A DNA stretch of 64,000 bases, taken from Macrostomum hystrix. Lineage: Eukaryota > Animalia > Platyhelminthes. The position numbers and the translations under genes were made by a program. A model generated the notes under the pieces. It was given only the letters and a program-made list of their open reading frames with translations. It did no database searches and had not been told where the DNA came from. The DNA lies in the NCBI GenBank assembly GCA_950097015.1, contig CATNEN010000029.1:930001-994000 (forward strand). Reading direction: 5' to 3'. Shown here in pieces: positions 55,881 to 64,000 of the stretch; the stretch's first letter is position 1; every line of letters starts with the position of its first letter.

Positions 55881-56975
55881 TAAGGAGCTGCCTAACCTAA
55901 AAAAAAACAAAAAAGCTTCTGATACTACTTATAGTAGAAAGCGAGACAGAAACCAAGATAATATTATCCTAGAAATCTCAGACAAATGAGTTCAGATAGA
56001 AGAGCAACATAAAAAGGGAAACAACTAATTCTATCCATTTCTACAGAGAATTGCATAGGCCATAATCTGGATAACCCAATAACTCCAGCAGACCCAATGT
56101 ACAAGCCTTTTCAGGCGAATGGGGGAACTACACAGCAGATTTACAAGGTGGTTTGTTCTTAACTTAACTGTGTACTACATCTGATTATGGAGATTAATAG
56201 AACATAATATAACAACAGCAACACCAGCCCTTTTATCTCTATGGTAGTTTCTATCATAAACAATACTCAATATTCAAATGTGTTAAAGAAAAATGCAGAA
56301 ATGCATGAAGGGAAATATCTCAGGCTAAAAAAATAACTCAGCCTTAAATTTAAGGACTGATGTATACCTTTCCTTCATCAAATTACAAGTTCAAATACAA
56401 GATTCTGAGACTTAATTCATTATTTAATAGCTAGTTCATTGTATAAAGAGAGGAAGGGACTTGTACTTGAAAAATAGGAAATGTAATTAGGATAATAATG
56501 TCTGTAAAAATAGATTGTACTGTAAATCCAGTTAATTGGTAATGCCCTGAATAAAATAGTCAGCAGGAGTAAAATATACAAATATGACATAAAAAGTCCA
56601 TAAATTATACCCAGAAAATTCTAAAAGTCATTACATTAAAAAAAGAAATTAACTAAAATATCACTACAAAAATTACTTAAGACATGTTAAGAACCAGTCA
56701 AAGTTAAATATTATCATATTTATACAATTACACACTAAAAGTAATTTATAAACATTACTTTTTTTATTATTTACTTCTTAAAAGAATTGTGACTATTTAT
56801 CTATCTGTCTAGAATGAACTATGTATAGATTGCATTCAGTAAAATATATTTGACTTGCAGTTTTGGTGCAGGAACAAAAACATATAAATAATAAATGTAA
56901 CAGGGCTTATCACTTTATCTCATTGCAGTTAGTATTTCACACAGTACAAGTTGTCTCTCTCTAAAGCCTTTACTG

Positions 56976-58175
56976 CAGGGGTCGGCAAACTTATTAGCTA
57001 GCGGGCCAAATAGAGAACCTAAAAGACGACAGCGGGCCGCATTAACTGCATAAATATGAGACAATGTAGAGATGAGACACGGGAGAGATGAGACACGGGA
57101 GAGATGAGACACAGGAGAGACGAGACACGGGAGAGATGAGACAGGGGTGAGATGAGACAGCGGAGAGATGAGACACTGAAGAGATTAGACGGGAGAGTTG
57201 AGACACGGGAGAGTTGAGACAGGGGAGAGATGAGACAGGGGTGAGATGAGACAGGGAAGAGACGAGACACTGGAGAGATGAGACGGGAGAGATGAGACAC
57301 GAGAGAGATGAGACAGGGGAGAGATGAGACAGGGGAGAGTTGAGACAGGGGAGAGATGAGACAGGGGTGAGATGAGACAGGGAAGAGACGAGACACTGGA
57401 GAGATGAGACGGGAGAGATGAGACACGGGAGAGTTGAGACACGGGAGAGTTGAGACAGGGGAGAGATGAGACAGGGGTGAGATGAGACAGGGAAGAGACG
57501 AGACACTGGAGAGATGAGACGGGAGAGATGAGACACGAGAGAGATGAGACAGGGGAGAGATGAGACAGGGGAGAGATGAGACAGGGAAGAGACGAGACAG
57601 GGAAGAGACGAGACACTGGAGAGATGAGACAGGGGAGAGATGAGACAGGGGTGAGATGAGACAGTGGAGAGATGAGACAGGGAAGAGACGAGACACTGGA
57701 GAGATGAGACGGGAGAGATGAGACACGAGAGAGATGAGACAGGGGAGAGATGAGACAGGGGAGAGATGAGACAGGGAAGAGACGAGACAGGGAAGAGACG
57801 AGACACTGAAGAGATGAGACAGGGGAGAGATGAGACAGGGGTGAGATGAGACAGTGGAGAGATGAGACAGGGAAGAGACGAGACACTGGAGAGATGAGAC
57901 GGGAGAGATGAGACACGAGAGAGATGAAACAGGGGAGAGATGAGACACGGGAGAGATGAGACAGGGGAGAGATGAGACACGGGAGAGATGAGACACGGGA
58001 GCGATGAGACAGGGGAGAGATGAGACACGGGAGAAATGAGACACGGGAGAGAAAGGACACCGGGGACAGGGGAGAGATGAGACAGGATACTGTAGGTGTC
58101 GGAATGGGCAACGGGCCGGATTTGGGAGCTTTGAGGGCCGCATCTGGCCCGCGGGCCGGAGTTTGCCGACCCCTG
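56976..58175 (+). mobile_element. hAT-superfamily MITE carrying an internal ~1-kb satellite
   Basis: Perfect 15-bp TIRs CAGGGGTCGGCAAAC (56976-56990) / GTTTGCCGACCCCTG (58161-58175). The 8-bp TSD CTTTACTG lies at 56968-56975 and 58176-58183. Confidence 0.92.
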
Positions 58176-59364
58176 CTTTACTGGAACCAGTCATCACTGG
58201 GCCTCAAATAACCAACTCAATGTTTTGTCACATGTCTAAACTACTTGCTCAAATACCACCTTGTTTGCTTTTTGCCACACTGGCACATTGCTCTTTCACA
58301 AACATTTACAATCACTTATAGACACTAAAAAAAATATTAAAATGAGTAGCTGTCACATAATTCATTTATATATTTTGAGTGGAAGTTGACACACAAATAA
58401 GATAAGAGGGTTCAAATAGAAGCATTGAGTCACAAATAGAGTTGAAATTTTGAATGTACTTTTTATATCTTATATTTAATTATTGATTTTGCTATTTTGC
58501 TGAAATCTTCCCTTAATTGGTTTAGCCAGCAGCTGGCACTGTTCTGTGCTCTTACTAACTGCATTTTGTACAATTGAACTGCCTTGCTGATGCTCCTAGT
58601 CATATCATGCTGAATGGCATGCAAGGTTCAATTGGCACATTTTGGGTACTAGCTAAAGACAACACTCTATGAAAGCCTATTGTACATAGCAGTAAGTATG
58701 AATGTAATTAATGTAACTTTGTATATATATTGTATACCAAGAACCTTTGCTAGATACCTTCATTGCAATTGCACAAAACAACAACAGGTGAATTCAGTCT
58801 TTTATGTCACATAGGCAAAAATAATCACTTCATCTAGCAGAAATTATAGGATACACATTAAATAAATTATAAAAAATTTTGACATGCTTGCATGCCCCTG
58901 AACTGGTACCAGCAGATAGCAACAAATGAAAGACAACTTTTGCTTTATCTAAAAAAATAGTTTCAGCTTACTATTAACTTAGATGAAGCAATGTAAACAT
59001 TAGTCAAAATATTACTGCCAAATTGTGTTTTCTTGTATTTTTTTTACTTTCTATTATTTACTTTTATAAATTTTACTATTTTAATATAAATATGAATTCA
59101 AATTTGCTAATCTCTTTACTTCCAGTCATCATTTGTTGTGATTGCAGCACATACATGCCCAACTTCAAAATTTCACCCATCTGGTTTGACTTTTTGTCCA
59201 GATTTGCGACTTAACTCCTCCTGATTGCAACCTAATTTTCAATTTGTATATGACTTTTCTTGCCTTTTTCTCTTTTCTTCTCTCTCATCTTTCCCTCTCT
59301 CTTATTTCTCCTTCCTTTCTTTTTTCTCTTTCTCTTCGGACTCTTCTTTCTTCCCCCATTTTTC

Positions 59365-59475
59365 CCCAACTCCTGAAGATATGTGTTAAACAAGTTGTCA
59401 GATGTGCCATGCATCAGACGCAGCTTTGCTTTGACATTTCCCCAGGCACCCTCAATGCTATTGGTGTGCACTTTA
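59365..59475 (-). pseudogene. Merlin / IS1595 (ISXO2-like) transposase C-terminal fragment
   Basis: VHTNSIEGAWGNVKAKLRLMHGTSDNLFNTYLQE resembles the HTNxIEGxW..K...G...YL.E motif of ISXO2/Merlin transposases. There is a stop just upstream and low-complexity sequence downstream. Confidence 0.6.
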
Positions 59476-60462
59476 AAATAGGCTTGTAGGATTTATAGGA
59501 TTAAAAACAAATGTACACATAAAGTGACAATGGTGTGCTGGGAATAAAATATGCCACCTTACTTCTATTATCATTTTCTTTTGAAAAAAACTACATTCCT
59601 GAATTTATGGAGGGTATGAAAGGATTGCCAAAATCTATATTATATATAAGGAGCATTTTCTCTGTCCAAATACAATATGTTCTAGCCTAAATGCTGTATA
59701 AAAAAATTACCAATTAAGTTTTAAAATACATAAACCTAGGAGGCAATCTTCTAGTTTCGCAAGTTTATTTATTTTAAAGCATTTTTTTTATTTTTAGCAA
59801 AGCAATCATGGCTGGACGCCCTGCAGCACCAACGACTATCGTTCCGGTCCCAGACCTACGACCTGCTGCTGATCTGTGCAACCTGAACCCCTCAATGTGT
59901 GAGTTCAGTGCAATTGCCACCCGCGCAACACCTTTGGGAACATCCTTTTCTGGGTGGCACACTATTATGCTGTCTGAGCACACTACTAGGCCTATGACAT
60001 CTGAGTAACATGCAATTGACTCATAGACACTGTCAGTCATCTGTTCATTGGTTGTTAGTCACATTGTTTCTTGGTTGTTATACAAAACTGTTATTAACTG
60101 TTGTTTTAAAAACAGTTTGAATTAAATGTGTGAAACTAGAAGATTGCCACTTAGGAATCAGTGTTCAAGAGTTTATTATTTTTAGCTTAATCTTAAGGCT
60201 ATGACTTTTCAGTCCAGGGTATGTCCACAGATAATATATAACAGTTATAGGCCTATATTATCTGTGGGTATGTCCTATGAACATAATGTTAAATATAGTA
60301 GTAAAGCCTTAGAGAGAGACTACTCATGCTCACTTATGACAGAGCAATACCATAGAATCAAGAATCCCATGGGCTCAAAGAAGCATGGATAATTTGAATC
60401 CGAGACACTTCATCATCTTACAACTTCATCATTTTACAACATTGTCATTGACTTGGAAGGTA

Positions 60463-60830
60463 GGACACTTCATCATCTAGCCAATTGGCATGCTTTAAAG
60501 TTTGGTCCATTCGTCATCTACTAATAACAAGCAATCAAGTTTGTCATCAATAAAGTGAGGGTGGGTGGGGTGGTGGGGCAGTTGTGTGAACACACTTCAC
60601 ACTCTAAATTGTCAAAAAGGTGTCAGAACTGATTTCAATATAAGAGTTGAAAGATAGGTGCCAACACGATGTGAGGAGGGGTGGGAAGGGGTGGTTCTGT
60701 TATAACTTTGAAAACTTTTGTTTTATATATGACAAAGTGTCCGTGCAAGTCCAAGTCTCTTCATCATCCACCCTCTGAGATATTGGACAGATCGTCATCT
60801 GGATGACAAAGTTGTAAGATGACAGTGTCC
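60463..60830. mobile_element. Possible small MITE with imperfect TIRs
   Basis: GGACACTTCATCATCT vs the reverse complement GGACACTGTCATCT, with AGGTA on both flanks. A similar motif also occurs at ~60403-60430. Confidence 0.3.
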
Positions 60831-62967
60831 AGGTACTGGATTACTACAAGAGAGAGAATAAAGTAATAAGCCCTGGTAAATTATTAGGCCCTATCTAAAA
60901 TTTTTACAGTCTTGTTAATTTATATATAAAGTTTGTGTGCTTTTTATTGTAGAGCTTGCTGGTTTTGAAATAATAAGTATTTAATAATTTAATGAATGGA
61001 ACGATTGGATTGCTTAAGGCTAAGTGAAAAAGAGGCCTACAAAAATGTTAATTTATAAAGCAAAATATCAGGTAAAATACATATTTTGTATTTTAAATAT
61101 GTGGACTATAAATATATAGTCATTTCTTATAATGATGAAAGTGATTAATAAAGAAACTAGAAAGCAATAAAAAATTAAAGGATTCAACATTTCCATTCAC
61201 AATATTGGATTTATTTAAGGGGAGAAATTACGGTTATTAGTCTCGAAAACCAGACGAATAATCAAACGGCTTATAATCAAAACTACATTTTCTGCTTAAT
61301 TTGTATCCGTAGGCCTAGTTATCGTAATAAGTCAAGACTCCAAGGCCTGCTATTAAACTGGCTTGATGGCAGTGGTTATTAGAAAACAGCGAAAACGTTT
61401 TTAACATGATTATTTAAGAGAAATAAAGGAGGGCGGAGAAAAAAATGTAGAATGAAATTATGAATTTTAATGAGATTGATCGCCCGGTACTCTTCACAAC
61501 AAAAAAATCTATTTAAATTGTTTCTACAAAATGTTACACTATAACCAAAAAAAGACAACTTAAGTACAAGATTGCACAATAAAAATATTAATAACTTATT
61601 AAGCATGAAACTACTTTCATAGTGAAAACAAAAAATTTTTTTTTTCAAATTCCAAATATTTGGCTTAAAAATTTATCGTGATTCACATGGTTATAAAAAC
61701 TTTGTTGTTTTGCGGGTGCTGGCAAAATTGACAGGCCAAGAAGCCGTGACTGGCAAATATGCAGTTGAGACTGGTACCAATGCAGTTGAGATTGTTACCG
61801 ATGCAGTTTAGACTGGCACATATGCAGTTAATACTATAGCGCCCCTGAAGTTAACGAGACTGGCGCTCTTGCAGGTCCGACAAAAGCGCCATTGATCGAT
61901 CAGTGGTACTTCGAAATGAATAATGTTTCTATTATAATAAATAATAATCGCTACGTAACTATTTTACATATAGTCGATAGACGTTGTGCATGCCAGTATG
62001 ATATGTTAAAATGATACCTGTTAGTGAGCTTGCTCTATGAATTTATAATGTATTCGCCGTTTACATATCACTGCAGTAGCTAAGTAACATGTACGGTGGT
62101 GTAAATGGTAATATTTAACTGTTGGTGAATACGAAAGAAAGTTTAAAAAGGCAGAGAAAAGAAAAATCAAGCATTTTTTCTTGGAAATTTAAACGTTTTT
62201 TTACTGATGCTTATTATTAAAAAAAGTTTTAATGTTTCGTAAGACGTTGATGCGCACGAGAAGCTAATTGCAAAACGTCGGATTATATTTTTGCATTGTT
62301 GCAAGTCTTAATTGCTTCAAAAAATTAAAAACAGAACATAAAAAATAGAATTAGGACAAATGAATAGAATCAAACCTAGCTGTATATTATTTTCTCGGAA
62401 ACTAGAATCCACGAGTGCTTAAGCCATGTCTAACAAATTGACATTGAAAGCTATAAGTAATATACAGAAAGTATTTTGAATTACATTTGAAACGTTGACT
62501 CATAAACAATAATTATTACGCTCTATCTATCAGTTATCGCATCAAATAAAACGAAGTGGCCTTTTTTAATTTAAACAAACAATCTATACTGCAGTCCGTA
62601 CTACAATTAAAAAAGCAAATAACAGAATAATTAACAAATTTGTACGAAGTTAAGCATGTGCGAACTTGTGCGGATTATATGTGGATTATTGCACATTTAA
62701 CAGTAAAATATTCTGGTGCATTTTATATTAGAGTGGTGAAGGAAAATTAATTATTAAAATTTATAAACCAATTTTTTAATCCCTAATTGTTAGTGTAAGG
62801 GAATAGCTATTCTTAATGGTACGCATTAACAGTCCAGGAAAGCAAAGTTATTTAACGTATTAAAACTCGTATTAATTCTTTTACACTAAAATGCGTTTTC
62901 AGTAGAATTCAGAATGCTCAATAAAAGATCAATCAGAGTAAATCTTACTCTCTCAGCCATCTTTTCT

Positions 62968-63876
62968 TCAAAAGCTGGACAAGGATTCGAGTCGCTGTCT
63001 CTGGGTCTGGCCATTACTGCCGTTGCCAAGCGGGCAGTACTTGATGGTGTGGGCCTTGCTGCCGGAGGCACCGCAGATCGGGCACACGTACCTTAGAAGG
63101 GCGGACGGGGAAAGCAATTTGAACAATATATAGGATGCTTTCGCTGTGGTACTTATTGCTCTACTTATAGTAGAGAGTAGTGCGCAATAAAATATTGTAG
63201 AATATTCCAATGGACATCAAAGGCGAGAGAAAAAATAATCCGTAATATGAGAGAATAATGTAGGATGGGAATATTAAAATGAAGGATGGGATAATGGAAA
63301 AAAATTAAAAGAGGAGAATGAAAGATGGAAGAGGAGAATGTAGGATGGGAATAGAAGAATATCCAATGGGAAAAGGATGGTGTAGTATTGGAATAGAAGA
63401 ATGTAGGATGGGAAGAGGAGAATATAGGATGCAAAGGGGAGAATTCGCTACGGAATTGTATTCAGCAGCAGCTGCATGGCTCACCTAAACAGTACCGGGC
63501 AGGTGACATTGCCGTTGATGTCGGCCAGGCGGTGGCTGGTGTACACGTGGAAGGGCTCCTGGTTCTGTCTGCAGAAGGCGCACAGCTCGATGCGCATCTC
63601 ACGCCTCTTCTGGTGGTGCATCTTGAGCTTGGCTAGGAAGGCCAGAAGGGTGGACTTGTCCACCACGATGCGGTTGGAGCCCAGCTCCGGCTGCTGACGG
63701 TGGTGACCGCTGTTGATGTCGCCAGCGGAGCTCAGAGTGGACGGCTGCAGCGGTGCGCAGCAGGTGACGGACGCGATCCACCTGTCAATCTCGTGTCCGA
63801 TGCCGAGCTTTGCCAGCGGTTGCAGCTGCTGGTGCATCGGTTGAGCAGGCGGTGTCCCAATTGGCTGAGGCCTCAT
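62968..63876 (-). CDS. nanos: Nanos (tandem CCHC zinc-finger translational repressor)
   Basis: Exons ~63876-63485 (GT 63484-63483) and 63091-62968. The spliced protein gives CAFCRQNQEPFHVYTSHRLADINGNVTCPVLFRYVCPICGASGSKAHTIKYCP, the complete Nanos domain. The start may be in an upstream exon (acceptor at ~63898). Confidence 0.93.
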
Positions 63877-63927
63877 CTGACCATCCCGCTTGCGCTCTGT
63901 TTGGGTTGCGTTAAAAATATTTATTAG

Positions 63928-64000
63928 GTTTAATCCGGCCCGCCAACTCCAGATGCGGCCCTCGAAGCTCCCCAATCCGGCATGTTGCCCATTCCAGTGT
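63928..64000 (-). mobile_element. End fragment of the hAT MITE family, running off the window
   Basis: The reverse complement GGAATGGGCAAC...GAGGGCCGCATCTGG...GCGGGCCGGA matches 58100-58160. Confidence 0.7.

Noticed and set aside
57019-58197. 308-392-aa SHLSRVSSLPCLI ORFs
   Set aside because: Translation of the satellite inside the hAT MITE; no transposase motifs.

Overview
Eukaryotic (metazoan) genomic DNA with GC-rich exons, GT-AG introns and very many minisatellites. The style is consistent with a free-living flatworm such as Macrostomum; this is an inference and was not verified. Seven protein-coding genes can be reconstructed by hand: the 3' part of an NR3/ERR-like nuclear receptor (+), an Ebony/NRPS-like gene (+), a CDKL2/3-type kinase (-), mitochondrial carrier SLC25A16 (+), an intronless P2X receptor (-), RPL26 (-) and nanos (-). 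Between and inside them are two tRNA-derived SINE families (three copies with clear TSDs), hAT, TTAA-target and CMC-type MITEs, a Merlin transposase fragment and about 20 unrelated tandem arrays, which explain most long ORFs in the six-frame track. The two most notable items are (i) an apparently intact ~922-aa Ebony-like protein lacking the adenylation P-loop, the A10 lysine and the carrier-domain serine, and (ii) an intronless P2X channel with all ten ectodomain cysteines but with half of the canonical ATP-binding residues replaced. Exon coordinates are manual splice predictions and repeat boundaries are approximate.
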